DNA from: Felis catus
Taxonomy: Eukaryota
Reading direction: 5' to 3'
DNA length: 64,000 nt
Assembly (NCBI RefSeq): GCF_018350175.1
Contig: NC_058368.1
Location: forward strand, 75,642,001-75,706,000
In this document: positions 50,148 to 63,091 of the stretch, piece after piece
Layout of the letters: the number at the start of each line of letters is the position of its first letter
Numbering within the stretch: the stretch's first letter is position 1
Position numbers and translations under genes: made by a program
Notes under the pieces: generated by a model
Seen by the model: the letters and a program-made list of their open reading frames with translations, nothing else
Database searches by the model: none
Told to the model about the DNA's origin: nothing

Positions 50148-50993
50148 CCCAGTCTCTGTCAATGCCTCCTGGCTACACTGATAGAATACACGAAGGACTG
50201 TGAGTTGTTTCACCTCTTCAAAGTATTATCTGTGCCAGATCCCTTTTTTTCTGGTGAAAAACTTAACAAGCGCTAGGTATTATAATTTATAAGAAGGAGA
50301 GTCAAATGCCATTTCTCTTTGCTTGTTAAAGGGACAGATTTTCATCAACAATTTCTTATTATTACCCGCCATCTGTGTGATGGCTTTACATAATTACCTG
50401 CATACCGTGTCTTTGATAGGCCGTATTTCTGATAAACAGAAAATAAAATTAAGCTCTCATATGAGATCCATTACCGAGGAAGCTTGGAATAAATATAGTA
50501 GATTTAATTTTTCCCTTTCACAAACCTGACAAGGCAGCTGCTGTTAGGCTCACTTATGAATCTTTGTTTAGAATGAAATTCCAAATGATGAAGCATCAGC
50601 CTTTAATGACAAAATGTGCTATATGGTCAATTGGAAAGGAAGTGTTTCCCAGGCTTCTGTCTTAGATGCATCAAGAATTAAAAGAATATGAGATAATTGA
50701 GAATGATAGATAATCGTTTTGTGCCACTGAATTTTAAATCAACACCTGGGTTAGGCACGGCGAGTAGCATCTGAAGCCAAGTACATTCAAGGAAGCGTTA
50801 GCATTTGCTTTTAATATTCATAAAGTTTTTACATTGAAGCTTTACAATATGTTCGATCACAGGTGGCACTTTAGGAAATTATGTCATATGATGGCAAATC
50901 AGCAGGTGTATGACTATTAGCATGCCAAATGAGACCGGGCACAGGTATAATACTCATCTTTGAAAGAAAAACAGCAAAATATATATTCAAACT

Positions 50994-50997
<4 letters not shown>

Positions 50998-51026
<29 letters not shown>
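50998..51026. repeat. (GA)n microsatellite
   Basis: Directly visible. Confidence 0.95.
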
Positions 51027-51028
<2 letters not shown>

Positions 51029-51159
51029 TTCCTGTTATAGGAAGGGAAATAGCTAGGACACTATTGTCCACAGCAATATAATGTCATAAAATTAGTTATG
51101 TTGGAGATACGTGGAACAAAATCACAGTTTAACAAAGGGAAAATAGCATCATCAATGTA

Positions 51160-52240
51160 CGAAATGGGCACATCCTAAGGGTTCAGCTGTATGAATTTTG
51201 GTAATTCTTTACATTCAATCAAGCAACTGACACCCTACTATATTGAGCATTCCAACACCTCGGATGATAATTGCCTCCCCTTTTAATGCACCCACCCAAA
51301 ACCTCTTTTTGATTTGACACTAGAGTTTGAAAGTATGTGGACGTTATATAATGAAATAACCAGTACATCCTTTTGCGTGCCCAGTCTCTTTTTTTTTTTT
51401 AATTTTTTTTAATGTTTATTTATTTTTGAGAGAGAGAGAGGGACAGAGCATGAGTAGGGAAGGGGCAGAGAGAGAGGGAGACACAGAATCTGAAGCAGGC
51501 TCCAGGCTCTGAGCTGTCAGCACAGAGCCCAACACAGGGCTCAAACTCACGGACCCCGAGGTCATGACCTGAGACGAAGTCAGATGCTTAACCGACTGAG
51601 CCACCCAGGTGCCCCCCAACCAGTCTCTTTCCCTTAAAATGTCCTCATTGAGATTCATCCACACTACTGCGTGGATCTGTAGCATGCTCATTTTTCTTGC
51701 TGACTGGTAGTTTATTACATGGGTCTACACAGGGGGTTATTGTTCCTGTTTCTGCTTTAATCTAGTTTTCTACTGATAGACAGTTGGATTCTGTCTGCTT
51801 TGGGGCTCTTATGAATTAAGCTGCTATGAGTCTTTTCTGAACAAGTCATTTTTATGGACATATGTTTTCACTTACCTTGGATACGTGATTAGGAGTGGAG
51901 CTGATACGTCATGTTGCCTGTATGCTCAACTTCATAAAAGAGTGTGAGCCTGCTCTTCAAAGTAGTTGAACTATTTGATACTCCTGCCCACAAAATATGA
52001 AAAGTGTCAGTTCCTCCTCATTTCTCTAACATTTAATGTTTTTGGTCATACTTTGTTTTTAGTTCAGAAATTCCCATGGGTGTAAAACGGTAGCTCACTG
52101 AAGTTTTAATTTCTATTGTTTTGATAAGGGAATCATCAATAATAATGTTGATCTTTTCACTCGTACATTGGCTCTCATGTCATACATCTTTTTTAATTTT
52201 TAATTTTTTTTGTGAAGCAGATATGTCTTTGACCATACAT
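51160..52240 (-). mobile_element. Old L1M (L1MC/ME-like) 3' end, reverse, interrupted by a SINE
   Basis: 'ttgagattcatccacact' and 'aagctgctatgag...tttttatggacatatgttttca...aggagtggagctg'. Confidence 0.75.
51392..51615 (-). mobile_element. CAN-SINE
   Basis: TSD CCAGTCTCTTT at 51381 and 51620. Confidence 0.96.
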
Positions 52241-52249
52241 TTAAAAAAA

Positions 52250-52455
52250 TATTTTTTAATGTTTATTTTTGAGAGAGACAGAGACAGAGTGTGATCAGGG
52301 GAAGGGCAGAGAGAGATGGAGACACAGAATCCGAAGCAGGTTCTAGGCTCTGAGCTGTCAGCACAGAGCCTGACGTGGGGCTCGAACTCAAGGACGTGAG
52401 ATCCTGAAATGAGCCGGAGTCAGGCGCTTAACCGACTGAGCCACCCAGGCGCCCC
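52250..52455 (-). mobile_element. CAN-SINE
   Basis: Reverse SINE body ending 'ccaggcgcccc'. Confidence 0.95.
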
Positions 52456-52459
52456 TAAA

Positions 52460-53035
52460 AATAATTTTTAAGGTGAAGTTAACATAACATAAAATTAAGC
52501 ATTTAAAATTGAACACCTTGGTGATATCCAGCACATTCACCACATTGTACACAGCATCTCCCTGTAATTCCAAAGCACCTTGATCAACGCAAATCAAACC
52601 CCATACCCACTGAACAATGCTCCCGCTCACCACCCATCCTAACCCTTTGCCAACCCCAATCTGTGTTTTGTCTCTATGGATTGATCTAGTCCAGATCTTT
52701 CACATAAATTGAATTATATAATGTGTGACCTTTTGTGCCTGACCTTTTCCCACTAGAATGCCCTTGGAAGGATGTAAGGGTATAAATAACAATATTTTGG
52801 AGGTTTTCCCATGTAGCTGCATGTATCACTATTGCATTTCCTTTTATGGCTAAATGATAGTCCATTGTATGTATACAACAGTTTGCTTATCCATTCATTT
52901 GCTTTTGGACATTTAGGTTATTTCGACCTTTTGGCTACTGTGACTGGTGCTGCTACAAGTATGTGTGTATATGTACTTATTCAAGTTCATGTTTTCAATC
53001 CTTTTGCGTATACACCTGGGAATGGAATTGCTGCT
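52460..53035 (-). mobile_element. L1MB-like 3' end (reverse), nested in an older L1
   Basis: 'aacataacataaaattaagcatttaaa...cacattcaccacattgtacacagc...tttccttttatggctaaatgatagtccattgtatg...acacctgggaatggaattgctg'. Confidence 0.85.
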
Positions 53036-53049
53036 TTATAAGATAAATT

Positions 53050-53250
53050 CTACGTGTCACTTTTTTTATTGTGTCATTTTCCTTTCCACTGTGGATTTTT
53101 GGAATTCTTTAGATATTTTACATAGAAGTTCTTTGTCAAACAAGCTGCAAATATATTTTCTCACCTCTGGCTTCATCCTATCTTCTGATACATACAGACT
53201 TTGGGCTCTCAACAAGTCCAGTTCATTTTTTTTTTTTTTTTTGCTGTAAC
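53050..53250 (-). mobile_element. Old L1 ORF2 3' fragment
   Basis: 'ttctttagatattttacatagaagttctttgtc...tgcaaatatattttctc...aagtccagtt'. Confidence 0.6.
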
Positions 53251-53469
53251 ATGGGTCATACTATATGTGTGACAGGTGGCTTGAGGAAAAAAAGCCCTTT
53301 ACAAAATCTGTTGTACTGCAAGCCATAATGGAATGAGTACCAGGATGCTGGGTAAAGCGGTTTCAAGTTTCCTGATCCAGAAGTGTCATAAGTGGAAAGG
53401 AAATGACGATGGTTTTTACTTTTGTCACATGGGACACTAGCAGCTGTGGTGGTTTCCTTTTCAAGACAA

Positions 53470-53914
53470 TTTTTTTTTTTTTTTTTTTAGTTTTATACCT
53501 TTATTTGACAATCAGTGCAGCTACGTCTCACTCACAGTAACTGCCTGTAGGTTTTTGAAACTGGTGACAGGTACAGAGTTGACCAATGCATACAGCTCGT
53601 TTGGTGAATCTGCCTCCTCATTACATTTTCTGGACAATCACACCTGGATATGGTCTGGAACGTTCCTCGTCCCATTGGCTCAGACAGCTTTGTTGGGCCT
53701 GGCGTCATTGTGCACATCTGGAGCTCCCATATTCTCAAAGGCAGATTTCCAGATTTGTGTGTCTGAGGGGCACGTTTCTTGAAAGCCACTCCTTGGATGT
53801 CTTTGAGAATGCTGATGGTGTCTCCTTTGGTCACTACCTCGTGGATGGCAGGATGGCCCTTCTTCTTCCCACCTTTCTTTGCGAGAGCCATTCTGCCAGG
53901 CCCAGATTGGAAAG
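53470..53914 (-). pseudogene. RPL31: Processed pseudogene of 60S ribosomal protein L31
   Basis: ATG at 53891 gives [28 protein letters not shown], versus RPL31 [24 protein letters not shown]..KKRAP. It is intronless, with 5'UTR 'ctttccaatctgggcctggcaga'. There is an approximately 4-nt deletion near 53754 and two TGA stops in the original frame. The C-terminus [12 protein letters not shown] ends at TAG 53523-53521, followed by AATAAA (53505-53500) and poly-A (53488-53470). Confidence 0.97.
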
Positions 53915-54527
53915 CTTTCCTAAGCATGGTTTGGGGCACTACTCTTATCAAGCTCGATTTCAGGCCTTGCCCTCTAATACCCCTCCCCAACTCTGTGAGT
54001 TATCTAACTACTTTCTTAAAAACCATCCCAGCATAATCCAGATAAACCTGTACTTTCTGCAACAAGAACTTTGACTAACACACCAAATCTGGATTTCACA
54101 TTTTTTTTTTTTATTGCCAACTTGACAGGTCCATTATCTGCTGTTGGATTACTTTTTATATTTCTGATTATTGAGAGAGCCATCTTTTAATATTTTGTTG
54201 GCCTATTTTATTTACCGTTCTGTGAATTTTATACCCTTTGCCCATGTTTGAAAAGGATTTCTTCACAGTTTTCAAAAAAGGGTGGAAATATATCAGGTAC
54301 CCATCTGCCTCCTTCTACCAGTTAATGTGTTCATTCTTGTGACCATCACCCATTTAACCAGAGCCACAGGCAGTACAGGAACAGGGAAAGGGCTGGTCTG
54401 GTTATTTTTCGCCTACCCTTAGGACTTAGGAGAAACGTAATTGGAATGGCCTTCTCTGAGGTAGTGCTCCCTCATTACCATATATAACCTAAGTATTCCC
54501 TTGTTTTTCTCTATTGTAGCATCTTCT

Positions 54528-54687
54528 CAGAACCAGCTACATAGTTTTCAGGGTCCAGTGCCAAGGGGGAATACGGAGCCCCTTGTTGGAAAATCATTTA
54601 CAACTTCGAAGATGCCAGCAGAGCTGGGCCTTCTAAACAATGGACCCTGAACAACCACGCAGGCTGTGCACTGACCAAGCTGGCCCC
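54528..54687 (-). mobile_element. MER45A-like hAT-Tip100 element
   Basis: 'accagctacatagttttcagggtccagtgc...gccccttgtt...gggccttct...gcaggctgtgcac...aagctggccc' is the reverse of the recalled MER45A. Confidence 0.75.
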
Positions 54688-57113
54688 GCCTCCTCTTCAC
54701 AGTATTTTCCGGAACTTGGCACTGTGATTATCATTATAATAACTGACCGTAACTTTCTTGTTACATTTGTTTGATTTCTAGAAGACTCCAAGATCCATGA
54801 CGACGAGCACCATGTGTTCCACTTCTCCTTTCGTGTCAGCATCCAGCCCGATACTCGATGCAGGAAGTTGAAGATTCAGTTCTAGTTGATAAACGAATAA
54901 CCAAAAGAATGGACAGACCAACTGATCTTTATGTTGTAATCTCAACATTCCAGTTGTAATTAAAACTATAGAGAGAAAACCAAACAATTCTGGGTAGCAA
55001 CAAGGAAAACCCTACCACTCTTGCTTAATGGGAAACTCCCTCGCCCTCCATGGTGGTTCTAGGGGTCTCATCCAGAATGAGGCCACAGAAGACTCAGGTT
55101 TTGCACCTGATGTGCATTTAGACCCACAGCATTTTACCCAATCAAGGTTAGCAGTCTGGGATAATAGGGAGGAACAGCTGATGAAGGGCTCTTAACCAGA
55201 TTTTGACTTGATTCATTCAGTTTACTTCCTGATATTCAAGACCCCCCTCCCCAGTCATTAGTCCGTGCATATTGTATACATAACTTACACTCATAGACTC
55301 TATCGGTCCACAGAACATGAACGAGTATAGAAGGTGTACAACATAGAATTGGTGTGCATCCCCTTTCATGACACTACTATAGGTATGGTTTGCTCAGAAT
55401 CGCTCATCATAAAAAAATAATGTTTAATTATTCAAATTAAGACACTTGCGACAAAACAACATTTTTAACATTCACATCAGGTCTTTCTCGTAATTTCCTT
55501 GGCTATAATACGAAAGATCACTTTATCTTGAGTAACTTTTTTTTCAAATTACAACATCTTCTTGATTAGAAAAATTTTAAAGCATTGATGATACGCTATG
55601 TTTACTATCTATCTGACGCAGTTATGCTAACTCCTGTGCAAAATAATCACTCAGCTCTGCCCTCATTGTATTTATCCACTGTAATACTTGTCATATGACG
55701 GTTTCTTTATAACTATTCTTCTAAAATTGCTCGGAAACCTCAAAGCCCTTTTCCATCGGGCTTTATCATTTTATCTCATCTGTAACTTCCAAAATCTATC
55801 CTCACGTATTTCTTTTTTTTTCCCCCAACTTCTCAAATTCTGCCTTTCCCTGAATTGATCTGCGCCAGAGAAATGAAAGAGGTCTGAAGTCTCATTGTTC
55901 ATTCAGACAAATATGAAGACAAGAGTAGACAAAATTCAGACTGTATACATCACTCTTTTTTTGCATCTCTAACCTTTTATGATTTTTTTTCTATTCCGGT
56001 GAAGTTAATATGCCTCTGAAACTACTTAATTGGGGCACATGATACGCTTTTATATGGTACAAATAGCATTTTTTAAACTGCTCAGAGACTTTATGTTTAA
56101 TTAATCTTTTGCAGCTAAACAAAGTACAAAATTTCCCAACATAAATACATATCTGATGGCAAGAAAGGGAGTAGATAAAAGTAAGATCACACAATTACTG
56201 AAAAATCGCACCCACATATAAGGGAAAATAAGCAATTGTCTTCATTTACCAATATTAGTATCTCCTTGGTGTCTGTCTGCCCTAAAAAGTAAAGAACAGC
56301 TAGCATGCAACATGGAACCTTTTATTTACACAAGGCAAACACAGCACATCCTCGTGCTCCTTCTATTCCACTCTTAACTTGGCTTCATAGAAAAATCTTA
56401 CCACTAAGGGAAAGATCACCACGCTGTGTTTCCCTCTGGGGAACAAGCTGATAACTAACCACAGACATTTTTGAAAGCCAGGCTTCCGGATTCACAAACT
56501 GCCTCTTACCTGCCAAATATAGTTGATTTCTACCAGTCTAGGCAGGTGATGGAGTCCAATTTCGGTGCCATTCCTTTCCAAGGCAATGGGAAATAGGGGA
56601 AGAGAGCAGCTCTCTCCCTTCTTTGCTAATTGGAATGAAAATGAAGGCTTCCTTTCTCCATTTCAAATGACACCACCTTCAGCCTGCTGAATAAGTCCTT
56701 TATTGTAGACACTCAATGGAAGAGCAATTCAATTCCATGCTATCAAGAGGGAGTCAAGGGCATTGTCATTGATATTCAGAGTAACAAGGTAACCTATTTT
56801 CACAAGAAAGGTCACCCCAAAGACAAACGGGGACTTGAAAAACAGCCTGAGATTCTGAAGACAGCGATCACACAATTGGATGGTGGTTGGGATCCTGGTG
56901 CTGGTTTTGTTTGCTTGTTTGTTTGTTTGTTGGAACAAATTATTTTTCTAAGAAGTCCAGCTATATTACAATTCAAATTCTAAGAAAACAGAAAGTATTA
57001 TATCTTCGTAAAGACCAAGAAATACCCTTATGTTTTTTGGGAGGGTGAAATAAACAGACCAATTTGTAATAGTCTGGAAAATAATTTAGCATTATTTAAA
57101 ATAAATGAATCCC

Positions 57114-57340
57114 GGGGCGCCTGGGTGGCGCGGTCGGTTAAGCGTCTGACTTCAGCCAGGTCGCGATCTCGCGGTCCGTGAGTTCGAGCCCCGCGTCAGG
57201 CTCTGGGCTGATGGCTCAGAGCCTGGAGCCTGTTTCCGATTCTGTGTCTCCCTCTCTCTCTGCCCCTCCCCCGTTCATGCTCTGTCTCTCTCTGTCCCAA
57301 AAATAAATAAAAACGTTGAAAAAAAAATTAAAAAAAAAAA
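57114..57340 (+). mobile_element. Young SINEC_Fc-type SINE
   Basis: TSD TAAAATAAATGAATC at 57097-57111 and 57341-57355. Confidence 0.97.
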
Positions 57341-58359
57341 TAAAATAAATGAATCTGTTATATAAAACAAATGAATAGACAGAGACATGAAATATGGGAT
57401 TTGTGCAAATATGAATGCAGCCCACACACATATTTAGAGGCTTAAGTCATGATACTTAGATGTTACATTTTCCTAGACCTAAACCAGAAAAAACAAAGCA
57501 GTGTACAGTGGGAATGGGGGTATTTGAGATGGAAAGAGGAAATTGGAGTCAAGAAAAATCCCTTTCCTAAATATATTTCTCTATTCGTGTGCATGTAGGT
57601 GCTGTGGTGAGAAAAAAATTTTTTTGGGAATATAATGCTACTTTTTCAAATGAAGTCATGTTAGTTCATTATGTAAGTGTGAATTTCCTCTACTTAGATT
57701 AACCTAAGACTTAGAAGAGAGGAAAGATAAAAAGAGAAAGAAGAAAGCAGGGAGATGGGTCCACAGCACTGAGTTAGTATCTCAGATCTTCCTTCTTTCA
57801 TTGAGGCATCAGTGACTTCGAGCCAAACGCAAACTCCCCTTCTCCATAAATCCTGGACTATTTTGTTTCCAGGTCTCCTGTGTGGCCCAGGATACTGCAC
57901 TATAGGCGTTGAAGCTTCTCCAACGCCGACTGCTGTCAAGCTTAATTACCTCTACCTAAGATCAACTGTGTAAAATGCGTAAGTCCGGAAGTAATTTGCT
58001 GGATTTAGTATTTCTGTCCATACAGTGACATGAAACTGTTAAATCCACCCTAGTTATAAACATAATTCTAGGCATCAATGTTTTACCTTAGGGAAAACCA
58101 AATGCATTGTCAAAACAGGGATGTCTGAGGACCAGTGGTCATTCCTCGTATACCTGGTAAAGATGAGGGCCAAACATAAATGTCGGCTATTTCCAAATAA
58201 AACATGGGTTGCGTTCCAAAAGGGACATTGTTTTATGCCCTGCCATCTGACCCCATGCTGCCTTCTGTAAACTCCCTTCCCAACCTTGGCCCTCTTCTGT
58301 TTCCTTTGCCTGCTTCCTTTTGTGTCTCACTGCCCTACTCCCACCGTGGCTGTTCTGAG

Positions 58360-59440
58360 ATCTACCCTTGGCTTCGTGTCTCATCGCAATCTTGTTAAGT
58401 CTCGTGACTGCACATTACAGTTCTCTTCAGATAATTTGCAAAATGTGTATTCCACCCCTGCTTGTTTCTTGAGATCCAGCCCCACATTGGTAATTGTCTG
58501 CTGGACAGTCACCATAGAAAGTCACCAGCACTTCAAGTTCAGTCTGCCAGTTCTTCCAAAGTCTTTCTTCCAATTCCTTTATTTCTGCATTAACTGCACC
58601 AGCCTCCACGTCAGCCATGTTTCAATACTCGGCCTGAGCTTTGACTCCACCTCCTTTTTGTTCTCGGAGCATTTTTTACCTAAGCATTAATTTTGCATGG
58701 GAGGCATTTTTGCCTCCATTTTTTACAATCCCCCTGAGAATACCCCAGGACCCCCCTCATAACTTTCCTCAAATCCTTTCCCTCCCGTCCAGTGGTTTCA
58801 CTTACAAACAAGTCTCTACCTATCTCTAGGTTTCTTTAGTCTGAACATTTCAAATGCTTAGACTGGAGCCCTCAGAGGCACCTGATTCTGTTCGATTTTC
58901 CAATCTTCCCTCCTACTTGTCCCTTTCAAGGAGCCTTCCCTCAGTAAGGCATTCCTATCTGATGTGCTCATTAGTGGGCCTTGGGTGCCCATCCTCATAA
59001 TATTTTCTAGCAAAAACAGGAAAACTCGTTTTTTAACATCTTCACATTTCTGCATTCTTCCCTCTCTTCTATTCCCTGATTCACAGTTATCTTCTCCACC
59101 GTGTATTACCCACCCTGAGGCCAAAGATTATTCCAAACTCATCTTCAAAATCCCAATACCTAGCAAAATTTTTCATATATCCCATCCGATCAAGAAAGAT
59201 TCATTGAAAAGAATTAAATCCTCTGAAAGAATTTCGCCTCTGAATTCACTTTAAAACGTAAGTGTACTGTTATTGTTATATTTAATATTTTCCTCTTAGA
59301 TTATATTATATTGACTTATACACTGGTGTTATCTCTACCACTGGGATATAAAGTCTTAGTTGGTAAGGTTAATCTTTTTTATCCCCAAAGACCCAGAATA
59401 GATTATTTCCTATACTAATAAACTCAAACCAAATTTTAAA
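58360..59440 (+). mobile_element. L2 fragments
   Basis: 'gatccagccccacattggtaattgtctgctggaca...cagcacttcaagttca' and 'ctttgactccacctcc'. Confidence 0.5.
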
Positions 59441-60082
59441 GAAAATGTCTTTGGGATTTTTCTAAAGGAAATCTATTTAAATAGTTCTTGGTTTATGGGG
59501 TTAGGCACAAAATCTCTTTCATCATTTTTTGATGACCTGTTAGCTATGCCGTTCTTTAAAAAGTGTAATAAAAAGTTACTTCGAAATATTAATATTCACG
59601 TGAAAGAAAAGAAAAATTGAAGATTTTTTTTTCTACTGTTAGTTGGCAGTAAAAACAGTGGAATCAATTAGAAGGGGATAAAGAAGATTTGTTGTCAGAT
59701 TCTGAGGTGAACTTCTGAGCCCTTTTAAGGTTCTGTGGTACTTAAAGCGCTGGCCATTTATGATGTCGGAAATGACTGCACCATGTATATCCTTCATTTG
59801 CCCTGATCCTTGGTCAGTTGTTGTGACGTGTTTCCCCTCGTCCTCCTTTGATAGAATTCAACACACGCTGTGGCTTACCACTTCGGTGAAATGAAAATAC
59901 TAGAGATTTAGAAATTCTGAGCTCCAGGGAGCAGATGGCCATGTCATGTACTTAATTGCATTGGTTAGTGTCATAGTGTCAGGTATATATGTAGGAAATA
60001 ATTAATAACTATGTGTTAAGTGAACTCTAAATACTTTAATTTGGAGATTGTACCACTTCAACTGTCTAGTTATTGGGATGCA

Positions 60083-60298
60083 CTTTATTTTTTTGTTTAT
60101 TTATTTCGAAAGAGAGAGAGAGCGCACGTGGGCGCACGGGCGCTTGAATGGGGGAGGGGGGTGGCAGAGAATCCCAAGCAGGCTCTGTGCTGGCCGCGCA
60201 GAGCCCGACACGAGGCTCGATCTCATGAACCACGAGAGCCTGACCTTAGTCAAAACCAAGACGTGGGCACGTAACCAACTGAATCAGCCAGGCACCCC
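60083..60298 (-). mobile_element. CAN-SINE (older)
   Basis: Reverse body ending 'ccaggcacccc'. Confidence 0.9.
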
Positions 60299-62130
60299 TG
60301 AGATGTACTCTAAACCCGTGTGTCTACGCATGTTAGCATACCTACACATACGTGTACCACACACTTCTTTATCATTCGATGCTCTTCGTGCTCAAAGTAG
60401 CTAGCAACCTAACCCACTTAGACTTCTATAGAAAAGCCTCTTACACAGCCTGGTACAACAATTGCAGACCTGCTGGGTGCCCTCGCATGCTCATAAATCT
60501 GATGGAAATGCAAGACGAGCGTCTTCACGTGAGACGTGCTACTGGGGCTGTGGGAAAGCCAAAGGGCCCTTCTCTAGAACGTGGCGCCCTTTCTAACACG
60601 TCTCTCCCTATATGTTAACTAACTGGAATTTAAATAAGGAAGAAAGAAGTCTCCCCTTCACTTAGACTGCCCCTGAAGGAGAACGTGGAAGGCTTTCTGT
60701 AGTTTTATTTTCTTTAACGTGCCAGTTAAAAGTACACCCTCTTCCTTGGTAATTTTATAGCATGATAATCCTAAAAAAGAGTGAAAACGTTAAGATTTTT
60801 TTTAAAGACTGATGCAGCTAAACTCCACACATTTGCATCTTCTTTGCACTCAAGGGACTCTATCCAATTGCTGGGAGAAAAATCGCATAGCCTTTTTTTA
60901 TTCCTCTTGTACCTGTGGCCAGAGACAATGAAGCGGTGGGTGCATCTAACAAGTACGACAAACAAGTCTAGAGTAGAGCCCTTCTGGGAAGGCAGCTGAG
61001 CCGCCCTGTGACCCCGTCTGGAGCCATCACTAAAGCACGATAACCAGGCAGCATTTTCAGGTAGTCAGGCTGCCATGGTTCACCCAGCAGTGACTGGAAG
61101 ATTCGAAGGGTTCTCCTTTCTTTCCGGCTCCTGCCTCCTTTAAAATTCGATTCCACCTTACAGAAAGATCTCAAGCTTGTGCTCTCTGGGCGAAGAGCGT
61201 ACCAAGATTTTGTTTGACTTCAAAAGAACACTGGACGAAAGCGTCTGTTGGAAAAGACCAGAGGATGTCATTTGCAACGTGGGCTCAGATGTTCTACGCT
61301 GTTGTGCTACCAATAAAACAAAAGTATAAAGAATCACTGTGCTGCCCTTGGAAGCTAAGCTTTAGCTCATTTTGAACTTTAAAAGCAGAAATATTTTCCT
61401 GAAATGTACAGACAGGTAGATAACAAAGTACTGCAAAGTGCCAACATTACAGCTTTGCTCCATCATCTTTGAAACACAAGCATTTAGTTCTGATTCCCTT
61501 TGCTCTTGAAATGCTATTTGAGTTGTTAATAATTAGCTTTAAGTATATAGCTTCAGCGTGCTTCTAACTACCATAGATACATACAAACTACTACTGACAC
61601 ATTGTCCCCACTGCATACCCAGGAGGCTCTGGAAAAAAAGGAAGCAAAATGTCTTATTGGATCTTAGCATATCTGGGTTTTAAAATCTCTATTTGAAGAC
61701 ATCGGAGGTGGAGAGAATCTAACAATTGTTGAGCCATTATTATCTGCCAGGCACTGAGCCGGGGAGTTTTACAATGTACACAAAACTTCAAAGTTTAAGT
61801 TTGGGAAGAATGCTACCCCCCCCACCCCCCACAAGGAGGCCTTTGTGTCTTTCCATGCAGGGAATTGTCAATGGTTTTATTTAATGGGAGATGTAGTTTC
61901 AATTCTTATTCTGATGAAAAAGCAGCCCTCCGCTGGAAAGAAAAGGAAATAGATGTAGCCATTCTGAGCAAACTCCCTTTTCAAAAACACACAAACAAAA
62001 AAACAAAATTAAAAAGAAATCAATTATAATGTCTCTTATCGAGAAATGTGTAGTGTATTGTTATATATAATTTGTCACCGTAAGCGGGTCTGCCCTATCT
62101 GAGATGGCTACTAAAGGTTTTCGTATCCAG

Positions 62131-62346
62131 TGGCACCTGGGTCGTTGGTTCAGTCAGTAAAGCCTTGGACACTTGGTTTCAGCTCAGGTCCTGATCTCGT
62201 GGTTTGTGGGTTTGAGCCCCCCATCGGGCTCTGCGCTGAGAGTGTGGAGCCTGCTTGGGATGCTCTCTCTCCGTCTCTCTCTCTGTCCCTCCTCTGCTCA
62301 CATTCCCTCCCAAAATAAATAAATAAACTTACAAAACATGTAAAAA
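62131..62346 (+). mobile_element. CAN-SINE
   Basis: Head, CT tract and A-rich tail. Confidence 0.9.
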
Positions 62347-62548
62347 TGAAATGTTTTGATGTGCAGGTAGGTTAACAAAGCGACATTCATTCCAGCAGAG
62401 CACGTAATCAGCCTGCTTTTCCTGGTATGTATTTTCCAGATACATCTCAAGCCTGTATACACACCATCATCACCTAAGGACCTGTGAAAAACATACATCT
62501 CCTTCCCAGTCTTTCAGAATTCTTAGCGGACTCATCTGAGCAACCAAC

Positions 62549-62612
62549 TTTTTATGACCCGAGCCGAAACCAGGAGTCAGACACCCAACCCACTGAGCCA
62601 CCCAGGCACCCC
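62549..62612 (-). mobile_element. CAN-SINE 5' fragment only
   Basis: 'atgacccgagccgaaaccaggagtcagacacccaacccactgagccacccaggcacccc'. Confidence 0.85.
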
Positions 62613-62919
62613 ATCGAATTTAATTCTTACAAAATTTCTGAAGGCATTATATCTACTCATATTTACAGGGAAAGAATGAGGGTCAGGGATGTGGAGTAAC
62701 GGGCTCAAAATCGTCCACCTAACAGAATGTATTGTGAACAGGGAAGTCTATCTGTAAATAATCCCACATTCATTCCATATATCACACTACATTTCCAGAA
62801 GGAAATCAAGTAGGGAGCTACGTCAGACAATCCATAAAAATAAAAGATCCTTGAATGAAGTCTCAAGAGATGCAAAGACGCAATAACCAAGGAATCTCCA
62901 GGGTCCCCACTAGGTCTTA

Positions 62920-63080
62920 TTAATCAATTCATTCAGTAGCCAATTCATTCAGCAATCATTTATTGAGTGTCAACTATGCACCAAGCACAACATAAAGAAG
63001 ATTTTACAAATATATCAATGAAAGAACAACAAATGAAAAGAAAAGGTATAAGGCAATGTGTCTTCATGCTAAGTGGGTCT
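62920..63080 (-). mobile_element. L2 3' end (reverse)
   Basis: 'attcattcagcaatcatttattgagtgtcaactatgcaccaagcac'. Confidence 0.7.
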
Positions 63081-63091
63081 ATTAAACAAGC

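Noticed and set aside
53225..53469. Possible 3' transduction attached to the RPL31 retrocopy (second poly-T at about 53226-53242)
   Set aside because: The T run falls where the old L1 is itself T-rich. There is no poly(A) signal before it and no TSD enclosing the larger unit.
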